Positions 22,928 through 33,131 of a stretch of 33,131 nt of DNA are shown here, one piece after another. The number at the start of each line of letters is the position of its first letter. The first letter of the stretch is position 1. The position numbers and the translations under genes are program-made. Under the pieces are notes generated by a model. That model was given only the letters and a program-made list of their open reading frames with translations. It had not been told where the DNA came from and made no database searches. Origin of the DNA: Chiloscyllium plagiosum (lineage: Eukaryota); NCBI RefSeq assembly GCF_004010195.1, contig NC_057754.1, forward strand, positions 5,002,773 through 5,035,903. The letters run 5' to 3'.

Positions 22928-23563
22928 TGAAATAACTGCATAAAAGCCGGTTTCCATCACCAAATCACCCTTTATTTACTAGTGCACAGTTCACTGCCTG
23001 TGGCCATCCAGCTTTGAGTGAGTCACCTGAACTGAGGAGATTCTCATCTTCTGTTTTTTTATCTCCCTGCACTACCACCATACAGTGGTAGTGTTTTTTT
23101 CCCCACAGCACCCGTGTAAGAGAGAGTGCGCGCATGCGTGTGCAGAACTCAATAAAAACACCATGTGCAAAATAATCCTAATCTCATGATTTTTTTGACA
23201 TTATTGTCAACCGTATTTTGTACTGTTTAATAAACAGAAAGCAGCAGTTCACAAAAAAAAACTATGTACAGGGAATGGGCAGCAAAGCCAAACCTCACAT
23301 CCCACTGTTCAACCAGTTTTCAGGGAGATGAGGACAAACCTCAAATCCCACTTTCATTTATCACAAATTTAACAGTAACAAACAAAGACAAGACAGTGCA
23401 ATCAAATGAGAAACAGTGCATAAAACACAGACCCAATATAGCTGTAAAAAAGACACCTGAATCTCACGTTTATACTGGTCAGGTAGGCTTTACTGATTGG
23501 CCCAGGTTAACCCCAATCAAGGATCTCGTAGTCAGCAATGTCCACCTAGTTCCAATCACTACA
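22928..23563 (-). mobile_element. Solo LTR (Gypsy-like) carrying an internal insertion
   Basis: TG...CA termini and a perfect 5-bp TSD GTATG (22923-22927, 23564-23568). The minus strand has CCAAT (23496-23500), TATAAA (23469-23474) and AATAAA (22971-22976) in LTR order. Confidence 0.8.
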
Positions 23564-24250
23564 GTATGTCAACACCTGGAGTCAGTTACTAATGGATTTA
23601 AATTTAATCACTTTTTTTAAAAAAACGGAGAGATTGGGATTTGTTTTTACTCAGAGGATTGCTTTACCCAACAAAGTGATGGAACCTGAACCTGTAGCAT
23701 CTTATAGAAGGAAGATGTGAAATATTTTGAAAGATGAAGGGAATATGCAGAGGATTTGGACAATCTTTTTGAAGGCAGGAACAGACACAATGTGCCTGTA
23801 AAATCTCATGATTCTGTAAGAAAACATTTTCAAGAAATTTGACAATGTGTTGAGAAGTATAAGGGTAATTCTCGCTGAGGACATAAGGTAATAAATGGTA
23901 TAGATGACGTCAAGGCAGAATACTAACTTCAATGTTTTGCTTTCAGAACGCTCAATATGTGACAAACATACAGTGATCAAATGTATTCATAGACATTAAG
24001 GGATATTTGAAATAAAAATGGGAAGTGCTAGAAAATACTTAATAGATCAGGTAGGTGGGAGATAAAGAAATGTTTGAATTCAGTAAACTTCAGCGTTTGC
24101 TCCAAAAACGATTGCTACTTTATTAGCTTCAATGCTCTTCGGGACATCTGTTGGTTGTGAGAGGTACTAAATAAATGCAAGTTTTTATTCTCTTCCATGA
24201 GAACTGAAAATCACAGCTGACATATTAAAGGGGAAGCTGGAGAAGAACAT

Positions 24251-24576
24251 TAGATTTGATGCCCTACAGTGTGGAAACAGGCCCTTCGGCCCAACAAGTC
24301 CACACCGACCCTCCGAAGAGCAACCCACCCAAACCTATTCCACTACATTCACCCCTGACTAATGCACCTAATACTACGGGTAATTTAGCATAGCCAATTC
24401 ACCTAACCTGCACATCTTTGGACTGTGGGAGGAAACTGGAGCACCTGGAGGAAATCCACGCAGACACAGGGAGAATGTGCAAACTCCACACAGACAGTTG
24501 CCTGAGGCAGGAATTGAACCCAGGTCTCTGGCTCTGTGAGGCAGCAGTGCTAACCACTGAGCCACCATGCTGCCCC
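24251..24576 (-). mobile_element. HE1-like V-SINE, near full length
   Basis: The minus strand reads ggggcagcatggtggctcagtggttagcactgctgcctcacag...gggttcaattcc (A and B boxes), then the V-domain and a CR1-like tail gggccgaagggcctgtttccacactgtaggg. Confidence 0.9.
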
Positions 24577-24596
24577 ACTTGAGGAGGGGCTATTTT

Positions 24597-24790
24597 GGCA
24601 CTTTGGCAGTGTCCTTTCCTTTGAACCAGGAAAGCCCGGGTTTGAATCCCACCTGCTCCAGTGATGCATCATGACACATTTGAACAAATTGTTCAAGTAG
24701 TAGTGTCCCTACCACTAAGTCAGAGGGCCTGGGTTCAAGTCCCACCTGCCACACAGGAGTATCATAATGTGTCTGAACAGGGAAAATATC
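24597..24790 (+). mobile_element. Two tandem copies of a short tRNA-derived SINE
   Basis: Units agtgtcc....gggtt(t/c)(g/a)a(a/g)tcccacctgc...atcat.a....tgaaca, repeated with ~95-bp spacing. Confidence 0.65.
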
Positions 24791-24894
24791 GAGGAAATAC
24801 ATGAGGGAAAAAGGAACAGGAGGATTGTTTGAAAGCAAAATATGAAAAACACTTAAACACTTCCAATTTGCCTCTGAATTTTCTAACTCAACTG

Positions 24895-25030
24895 ATGCTC
24901 TGATGAAGAGTAATGTAGAATTAAAATGCTACCTTGCTCTCTCTCTCCATGGATGCTGCCTGACCTGCTGTGATTTCCAGCATTTTTTGTTTTCAGTACA
25001 GATTCCAGGATCTGCAGTAATTTGCTCCTT
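24895..25030 (+). mobile_element. Penelope-type terminal repeat (pLTR) remnant
   Basis: gctctgatgaagag...ttgctctctctctccatggatgctgcctgacctgctgtgatttccagcattttttgttttcagtacag, closely similar to 31865-31968. Confidence 0.7.
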
Positions 25031-26213
25031 GAGGGTATGTTTTCAGGGTGGGATGAGGAGAGGGAGCCAGAAACCCACAGGGAGCATAAACATCAATGTG
25101 TTAGACCAAATGACCTGTTTCTGCACTGTAAGCTCGATCTACCTACAGTAAACAGAGTGCTAAGGAAAGAGATAACAGTGAGTAAGAGCAATGGGGAAGG
25201 TCAGTGACATAAAGCAACGATCACTAAACAACACAACAAATGATGGCACAAGGTAAGAATGAGGTTGGTGATGTTAGTGGAAGAAGTTGCAAAAAAGAAT
25301 GACTAGTGTACCAGAACTGATAAGTTATACCTATATGAAAGACTGAACAAGTTGGGGATCTTGTGGAAAACGTGGCAAAGGTGACAATTTCCATGGAGAC
25401 CCAAGGGTGAAGAATAACAACTGGTGTGTACTGATGCAGCATCCCCATGCACTCCTATTGGTTCTGGTGCAGCCATCCTACAGTATTTGATGCATAATGG
25501 GTAGTTGAATTGGAATATTCAGAGGTAAATTGGAAGTGCTTAAGTGTTTTGAGTGCTTATGTGCCTTTCACAATAAACACTTCACAATGATTTAATGTAT
25601 TTCGATGAAAGCAGAAATGATTTTAAACGGCATTTGTCGTTGTTATGTAACAGAAATGGCCTCTCGAGTTGACAAAATGAGATGTCATTCTGATGTTTGC
25701 CCATAACCTGTGGGTGACCAGTTGCAGCTTTCTGGGGAAGGACCTCTTACATGTTTAATCCATGAAATATGCTAAATTTCACTATGTTTATGTCCAAAAG
25801 ATTGACTTCAGTTCCATTTCTGTTTTCACAGTGGATAAATGTGAGGGTGGACTATGATTTTGAAAGAGATGGTTCTTCTGTTTCACCATCAAGGGATTAA
25901 AAAAACTGAAGAAAGCTTTGCATAAGTAAGCCCCAACTTTCAAACCCTTGAACTTAGGGAAAGGACTAGAAAATAGGATTTGTATGCAGCAAGTAGTGTC
26001 ACAGGCGCAAGGGCCAAAACGGGCATCTCTGTTCACATTCCTACAATCTAATAGATGTTAACTAAAACAGTAGTTTAGAGCAAACAAAGCATGTTTTGAG
26101 AGGGGTGGAATTGAACTGCCAAGAAGGTAAGTTAGATACCTTTATGATTTTGATTAGATGATACTTGGAGTAGGTATGGTGAACAGTCCTGGTTGCCATA
26201 GCATAGAAGGATG

Positions 26214-26424
26214 AAAAATGTGCTGGAAAAACACAGTAGGCCAGGCAGCATCCGAGGAGCAGGAGAATCGACGTTTCGGGCATAAGCCCTTCTTCAGGAA
26301 TCAGGAAGGGCTTATGCCCGAAATGTCGATTCTCCTGCTCCTCGGATGCTGCCTGGCCTGCTGTGTTTTTCCAGCACCACATTTTTCAACTCTGGTACTC
26401 CAGCATCTGCAGTCCTCACTTTAT
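26214..26424. mobile_element. Palindromic Penelope-derived short element inserted into a CR1 fragment
   Basis: ~80-bp near-perfect inverted repeat; exact 18-bp TSD ccatagcatagaaggatg at 26196-26213 and 26425-26442. Confidence 0.85.
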
Positions 26425-26593
26425 CCATAGCATAGAAGGATGTAGAAGCACTGGAGAACATTCAAAAAATGTTTTGGTACCAGCACTGAGAGGTTATCTC
26501 TGTCTGAAAGACTGAACAAGCCAGGGATCTGTTCTCTAGTAAAGAGACTTAAGAAGTGATGTGATAGAAGTCTTTAAAATTATAAATATGATC

Positions 26594-26885
26594 ATAGAAT
26601 CCCTATTTTGTGGAAGCAGACCATTTAGCCCATCAAATCCACATTACCCTTCGAAGGCTATCCCACTTATACCTACCCTATCTCTGTAACTCTTCACTTG
26701 ACATGGCTAATCCACTTGACCTGCACATCTTTAGACTGTGGGAAAAAAATGGAACATCTGAAGGAAACCCATGCAGACTTGGGGAGAATGTGCAAACTCC
26801 ACACAGTCGCCCGAGGGTAGAATTGAACTTGGGTCCCTGGTGCAGTGAGGAAGTAGTGCTGAACACTGAGCCATCATGCCACCCC
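26594..26885 (-). mobile_element. HE1-like V-SINE inserted into a CR1 fragment
   Basis: acctgcacatctttagactgtggga...ggagaatgtgcaaactccacacag...aattgaact...cactgagccatcatgccaccc; homologous to 24251-24576. Confidence 0.85.
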
Positions 26886-27164
26886 TAGGTTCATTAGGTT
26901 ATTCATAGAAAAGATTTTTCTCAATGTTAAAGCAGGCTTGAGGCACTAAAAGACCTATTCCTATTTCCATGTTGGTGTGGGTAAGACCGGAACTAATATA
27001 AGACAATCACTCATACTTTCACAAGGGAATTCAAGAGAAACCTCTTTATCCAAAGATAGTGCAAATGTGGAACATGCTAGTGCAGGGATTGCTTGAGATA
27101 ATTGGTGTAGATGCATTTATGGGGAGGCCAAACAAGAGAATAAAAAAGAAAGAGAACAAATATT

Positions 27165-28743
27165 ACAGAGGACGACGTGCCGGATGTCTTGAAATGCATA
27201 AAGATGGATAAATCCCCAGGACCTGATCAGGTGAACTCTAGAATTCTGTAGGAAGATAGGGAAGTGATTGCTAGGCCCCTTGCTGAGATATTTGTATCAT
27301 CGATAGTCATAGGTGAGGTGCCAGAAGACTGGAGGTTGGCTAATGTGGTACACTAAGAAGGGTGGTAAGGACAAGCTAGAGAGCCTGATGTCGGTGGTGG
27401 GCAAGTTGTTGGAGGGAATCCTGAGGGACAGGATGTACATGTATTTGGAAAGACAAGGACTGATTAGGATTAGTCAACATGGTTTTGGGCATGGGAAATC
27501 CTGTCACAACTTGATTGAGTTTTTTGAAGAAGTAACAAAGAGGATTGATGAGGGCAGAGCAGTAGATGTGATCTATATGGACTTTAGTAAGGCGTTTGAC
27601 AAGGTTCCCCATGGGAGACTGGTTAGCAAGGTTAGATCTCATGGAATACAGGGAGAACTAGCCATTTGGATACAGAACTGGCTCAATGGTAGAAGACAGA
27701 GGGTGGCAGTGGAGGGTTGTATTTCAGACTGGAGGCCTGTGACCAATGGTGTGCCGCAAGGATCGGTGCTGGGTCCACTACCTTTCGTCATTTATATAAC
27801 TGATTTGGACGTGAACGTAGGAGGTATAATTAGTAAGTTTGCAGATGACACCAAAATTGGAGGTGTAGTGGACAGCAAAGGTTACCTCAGATTACAACAG
27901 GATCTTGATCAGATGGGCCAATGGAGTGAGGAGTAGCAAATGGAGTTTAATTCAGATAAATGTGAGGTGTTGCATTTTGGGAAAGCAAATCTTAGCAGAA
28001 CTTATACACTTAACGGTAAGGTCCTAGGGAGTGTTGCTGAACAAAGAGACCTTGGAGCGCAGATTCATAGCTCCTTGAAAGTAGAGTCGCAGGTAGATAG
28101 GATAGTGAAGAAGGCATTTGGCATGCTTTCTTTTATTGGTCAGTGTATTGAGTATAGGATTGGGAGGTCATGTTGTGGCTGTACAGGACATTGGTAAGAC
28201 CACTTTTGGAATGTCGCGTGCAATTCTGGTCTCCTTCCAACAGGAAGGATGTTGTGAAAAATGAAAGGGTTCAGAAAAGATTTACAAGGATGTTTCTGGG
28301 GTTGGAGGGTTTGAGCTCCAGGGAGAGGCTGAACAGGCTGGGGCTGTTTTCCCTACAGTGTCGGAGGTTGTGGGGTGACCTTATAGAAGTTTATAAAGTC
28401 ATGAAGTGCAATAGATAGACAAGGCCTTTGTCTTGGGGTAGGGGAATCCAGGACTAGAGGGCATAGGTTTAGGGTGAGAGGGGCAAGATATAAAAGAGAC
28501 CTAAGGGGCAACATTTCATGCAGAGGATGGTGCATGTATGGAATGAGCTGCCAGAGGAAGTGGTGGAGGCTGGTACAATTGCAATATTTAAAAGGCATCT
28601 GGATGGGTATATGAATAGGAAGGGTTTGGAGGGATATGGGCCAGGTGCTGGCAGGTGGGACTAGATTGGGTTGGGATATCTGGAAGGCATGGACAAGTTG
28701 GACTGAAGGGACTGTTTACATGCTGTATGGTTCTATGACTCTA
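27165..28743 (+). mobile_element. 5'-truncated CR1 LINE with a disrupted reverse transcriptase ORF
   Basis: RT motifs QHGF..GKSC, VDVIYMDFSKAFDKVPH, GVPQGSVLGPL, KFADDTK, MEFNSDKCEVLHFG. In-frame TAG at 27934-27936 plus frameshifts; 3' tail ...ttctatgactcta. Confidence 0.95.
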
Positions 28744-29061
28744 AATATATTGAGATTAGATGGAGGTTGGGAGGCTTGTGTGGAGCACCAAAATATGTAC
28801 TAAAAGACTTTGGGCTGAATCGCCGGTGTCTGTGTAAATTCGACACAAGTCTGTGTAAGAACATAAAAACCAGTAGGCCATTCAGCTCTTCAAGCCCGCT
28901 CCAACATTCAGAGACCTCGAGGCTGATATCCTATCTCAACATAATTTTCCTGCACTATCATCATATTCCTTGATGTTTGACATGTACAGAGATCTAGCAA
29001 TCTCAATCTTAAATGTGTTCAATGTCTGAGGTTTCCAGGGCAAAACATTTCTAAAGATTCA

Positions 29062-29470
29062 GACTTTTCTCTCTGGAGAGGAGGAGGAAGAGAGGAGACC
29101 TGATCGAGGTGTACAAAATAATGAGAGGAATAGATAGAGTCAATAGCCAGAGACTTTTCCCCAGGGCAGGATTGATTAGTACGAGAAGTCATAGTTTGAG
29201 GATATTAGGAGGAAAGTGTAAAGGAGACGTCAGAGGTAGGTTCTTTACGCAGGGAGTTGTGAATGCATGGAATGCGTTACCAGCTGTGCTGGTGGAAGCA
29301 GAGTCGTTGGGGACAATTAAGTGACTGCTGGACATGCACATGTATAGCAGTGAGTTGTGGGGTTCGTAGGTTAAGTTACTAAATTTTTACATTAGGATTA
29401 AATCTCGGCACAACATCGTGGGCCAAAGGACCTGTTCTGTGCTGTTCTTTTCTATATTCTATGTTCTATT
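29062..29470 (+). mobile_element. CR1 LINE 3' fragment (different subfamily)
   Basis: RGDLIEVYKIMRGIDRVNSQRLFPR...RGRFFTQGVVNAWNALP; tail cggcacaacatcgtgggccaaaggacctgttctgtgctg...ttctatgttctat. Confidence 0.9.
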
Positions 29471-30699
29471 CAGCATTAACTAGAGAGATGAATTTGTATA
29501 GGAGCAGTCATTGTGTAGGTCATGAACCTGATGGCTCTTTCAGTCCACATTCAATAGGATTTTTTTTGTTATGAGTAAAGGAAGACTGAGAGAGTAGCAG
29601 CTTTGGGTGTGATGTGTAATCAAAGCAAATGTTTTTTTGACAACTATCTTAAGTACCTAAATATTTCACCTGCTTTTTGGAAACTTGGTCCCCTCCAGTG
29701 CTGATTCTGCATTTGCAAAGTCAGCATGTGAATCCACATGTGTGGCTGATGCATGCGGATGGAATAAGGCTGAGCAAAGATTCAGTTCATCTGAAATGCC
29801 ACAGACCATACAGGGTTCAAAGCAGGGACTTTGTACATTGCCTGAACTTGTCCTCGGAAACCGGGCTGATTGCTATAGTGTCACATGGCTGGTAGCAAAT
29901 TGGAGACATAGTCCTGTGGGAAATCTAATCCAACTCGGAAACAGTACAATCCATTACTGATCTACACAATGACAGTCTGAATACTCATTCACCTACAAGA
30001 GACCTTACCACAGATAGAGAAAAAAAATCATCTTGAATGTGATGGAGGCAGCCTGAAAGTCGGTGCCGTTGTTGTCAGGAATTGTTTTTTCTGAACATTA
30101 TCAGTGTGTGTTCACTGCAAGGATGGAGAAGTATACGTGCTGTCTGTACTTAAAAATCCTTCTGTCAGAAAATTTCAGAGATGATGTTCAGTTGACCAGT
30201 CAGAGAAGGACTCCCTGCCACAACTTCCAAATCCATCTACACATCTACATTAAACAGAAATGCAAGGCACTGGCTGCAATCTTGTCTGAACATTTAGCGA
30301 TCTTGGTATTCTGAGTTGAGTAGGAAAAAAAGTCTTAATGGTTGAGAATAATCAGGCCAGTTCCCCCATCATCTGACCTCTGTCTCTTCATGCACTGATG
30401 CCATGACTCAGTTAATCCTCTATCATTTGTTGTTTTATTTTCAGATGAGATTTGAAAGGATTCATTATCTTCTGAAGCTGCAATCAAAGATTGTAATTGG
30501 ACCTGATCAGTACGAACTAGAGTGAGTCACTCTCAAAAGTAAAACTCAGATTTGAATTTCAAATCACTGTAATTTTAAGAATGGCTCAAGTTGGTGTTTA
30601 AAATGTCAGGGACAATATCTCAAGTCACCTTTCTTAGCTGTATTCCTAACCCTGACCTTCTACTCACCATATGGCATGCCTCTATAAAGGCACATTGAC

Positions 30700-30999
30700 T
30701 CCGTGGTTAACACTGCTGCCTCAGGACTAGGGTTCGATTTCAGCCTCGGGTGTCTGTGTGGGTTTCCTCCAGGTGCCCCAGTTTCTTCCCACAGTCCCAA
30801 AATGTGCAGGCTAGGGTGGATTGGCTGTGCTAAATTGCTCATCGTGTCCAGGGATGTGTAGGCTAGGTGGGTGAGCCATTGGAAATACAGGCTTACAGGG
30901 ATAAATTAGGGGGTGGGTCTGGGCGGGATGGTTTTCAGAGGGTCGGTGTGGGCTCGATGGGCCAAATGGCCTGCTTCCACACTGTAGGGATTCTATGAT
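30700..30999 (+). mobile_element. HE1-like V-SINE
   Basis: gtggttaacactgctgcctca...gggttcgattt...gtgtctgtgtgggtttcctccaggtgccccagtttcttcccacagtccc...gggccaaatggcctgcttccacactgtagggattctatga. Confidence 0.85.
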
Positions 31000-31044
31000 A
31001 ACTGCTCAGGATGTTAAGTAAGTTCACACTGTGATTGAATTAGA

Positions 31045-31382
31045 ATTTTTTGATCCATTCACGGGATGTAGGTGTCACTTGGAAGACTGATGCCAAATTT
31101 CTTTTGAAGTGGACAATTTCAGAGGGCAGTTAAGAGTCAACTACATTGTTGAGAGTCTGGAGTCACAAGTAGGACAGACCAGGTAAGGATGGCAGATTTC
31201 CTTCCCTGAAAGGCATAAAAACCAGCTAAGTTATTTAACAACAATTTCAATGCTTCCAATAAGCTAGAGTTGAATTAAAATTTCACCCTTTGCCATTGTG
31301 GGATTTTAACCCATGGCCCACCAGAACATTAGCCTAGAGGTCTGGATTATTACTCCAGAGACATTTCCAATACACCACTACC
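31045..31382 (-). mobile_element. Deu-domain SINE
   Basis: cagagggcagttaagagtcaactacattg...gtctggagtcacaagtaggacagaccaggtaaggatggcagatttccttccctgaa. Confidence 0.8.
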
Positions 31383-31501
31383 TTACCCTTAAATAGGGTT
31401 TTACATCTTACCACCCAAGCCATTCCCTACCTACATATTTGCCCCAACTTTCCCTATGCCATCATTTTAACACAGCATCCTGCTTACATGCCTACTTCCC
31501 T

Positions 31502-31964
31502 GTCCTTGGCATGCTGCGATGCTCCAGTGAATCACAGTGCAAACTGGAGGAACATCTCATCTTCACACTAGGCACTGTATAAATTTCATGACTTAGTATT
31601 GTGCTCCACACCTTCAGATTGTGAACCCACTCCCATTCCTTCCCTTTCAGCCTTACTTGTTACATTCTCTGTCACCATGTCCAGTCTCCCCTCCCCTCAT
31701 CCCAGTGGGACTGTCTGTTCTTTCCTGTTTGGCACTTAGACACACCACTGTTCTGCCATTCTCACATTCGATTTGCTTAATTGGCACGATCACCATCCTT
31801 TCTCCCCCCTGCACTTCACCCTCACACGCTATTGCATAAATGCTGCCCTCTCCACACTTAGTGTCAGCTCTGATGACGAGTCATCTGCACTGGAAATATT
31901 AGCTTGCTCTCTCTCCATGGACGCTGCCTGACCCACTGTGATTTGCAGTATTTTTTGTTTTCAG
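31502..31964 (+). mobile_element. Penelope-like element 3' end: decayed GIY-YIG ORF terminus plus pLTR
   Basis: Translates VLGMLRCSSESQCKLEEHLIFTLGTV*IS*LSIVLHTFR, resembling the PLE C-terminal motif RKLEEQHLIFRLGTLQPxGLN. A pyrimidine-rich UTR and a CTGATGA...GAAA core follow. Confidence 0.75.
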
Positions 31965-31979
31965 TACATATCTGCCTCT

Positions 31980-32105
31980 AGACGAAAGTGAGGACTGCAG
32001 ATGCTGGAGATGAGTCAAGAATGCGGTGCTGGAAAAGCACAGCAGGTCAGGCAGCATCCCAGGAGCAGGAGAATCGACGTTTCAGGCAAAAGCCATTAAT
32101 CAGGA
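31980..32105 (-). mobile_element. Penelope-derived short element (same family as 26214-26424)
   Basis: aaagtgaggactgcagatgctggag...gctggaaaagcacagcaggtcaggcagcatcccaggagcaggagaatcgacgtttc; flanked by tacatatYtgcctct (31965-31979, 32106-32120). Confidence 0.8.
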
Positions 32106-32344
32106 TACATATTTGCCTCTGTCATTTTAAAACTCTAATTGAGTTGTGTCACTAATGTCATTATAATTCCTTCATTACAGTAGTGACCACAATTCAGAAG
32201 GTGCTTATATGGCTGTAAAGCATTTAGAGACAACCTGAGTTTTTGAACGATGTTGTACAAGTACAAATATTCCCTTCAACTTTTCCATCCCACCCTCTGG
32301 GGTGAGCTTTCACCAACTTGATTTGAATCTTTTCCCAAGAGGAC

Positions 32345-33131
32345 ATAGAACAGTACAGCACAGAACAGGCCCTTCATCCCACAATGTTGTGCCGACCATT
32401 GATCCTCATGTGTCCACCCTCAAATTTCTGTGACCATATGCATGTCCAGCAGTCTCTTAAATGTCCCCAATGACCTTGCTTCCACAACTGCTGCTGGCAA
32501 CGCATTCCATGCTCTCACAACTCTCTGTGAAAAGAACCCGCCTCTGACATCCCCTCTATACTTTCCTCCAACCAGCTTAAAACTATGACCCCTCGTGTTA
32601 GCCATTTCTGCCCTGGGAAATAGTCTCTGGCTATCAACTCCATCTATGCCTCTCATTATCTTGTATACCTCAATTAGGTCCCTTCTCCTCTTCCTTTTCT
32701 CCAATGAAGAATGTCTGAGCTCAGTCAACCTCTCTTCATAAGATAAGCCTTCCAGTCCAGGCAGCATCCTGGTAAACCTCCTCTGAACCCTTTCCAAAGC
32801 ATCCACATCTTTCCTATAATAGGGCGACCAAAACTGGACGCAGTATTCCAAGTGCGGTCCAAACCAAAGTTTTATACAGCTGCAACAAGATCTCACGACT
32901 CTTAAACTCAATCCCCCTGTTAATGAAAGCCAAAACACCATATGCTTTCTTAACAACCCTGTCCACTTGGGTGGCCATTTTAAGGGATCTATGTACCTGC
33001 ACACCAAGATCCCTCTGTTCCTCCACTCTGCCAAGAATCCTATCCTTAATCCTGTACTCCGCTTTCAAATTCGACCTTCCAAAATGCATCACCTCGCATT
33101 TATCCAGGTTGAACTCCATCTGCCAACTCTC
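32345..33131 (-). mobile_element. CR1 LINE 3' portion, running off the window end
   Basis: MEFNLDKCEVMHFGRSN...QVDRVVKKAYGVLAFINRGIEFKS, then after a frameshift PHLEYCVQFWSPYYRKDVDALERVQRRFTRMLPGL...WNALP; tail catagaacagtacagcacagaacaggccc. Confidence 0.95.

Noticed and set aside
24500..24576. tRNA gene
   Set aside because: The A/B boxes belong to a SINE head that runs straight into a V-domain and LINE-like tail; the same applies at 12426, 13300, 26885 and 30700.
26062..26430. Two nearly identical peptides on opposite strands
   Set aside because: A direct consequence of the DNA palindrome, not a gene pair.
27313..28418. Reverse transcriptase ORFs as an active or novel RT system
   Set aside because: Typical CR1 ORF2, 5'-truncated, with an in-frame stop and frameshifts; several related fragments occur in the window.
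29677..29960. Overlapping ORFs in apparently unique DNA as an exon of a neighbouring gene
   Set aside because: No recognisable protein motif and no convincing donor; a non-coding exon cannot be excluded without RNA data.

Overview
Eukaryotic vertebrate genomic DNA, very probably from a cartilaginous fish (shark), judging by its HE1/V-SINEs, Deu-domain SINEs, dense CR1 LINEs and Penelope-type short elements. Positions ~1-16.2 kb hold the last seven coding exons and the 3' UTR of a non-erythroid beta-spectrin gene on the + strand, best matching SPTBN2 (beta-III spectrin). The exons are 1261-1457, 3692-3843, 4914-4986, 10614-10828, 11643-11816, 12983-13025 and 13692-13910. All have GT-AG boundaries and consistent phases (1073 coding nt in the window), and they encode the final partial spectrin repeat, a linker, the PH domain and a basic tail. 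The rest is intergenic DNA filled with decayed and nested retroelements. Almost all other ORFs in the track are CR1 debris or chance. The best leads are: a possible PH-less short C-terminus by intron read-through; a candidate intronic microexon; inverted SINEs bracketing a frame-preserving exon pair; a palindromic Penelope-derived insertion with an 18-bp TSD and a minimal hammerhead core; and a minisatellite block flanked by long direct repeats. I see no convincing wholly new biological system. Family names and homologue comparisons are from memory, not database searches, and repeat boundaries are approximate.
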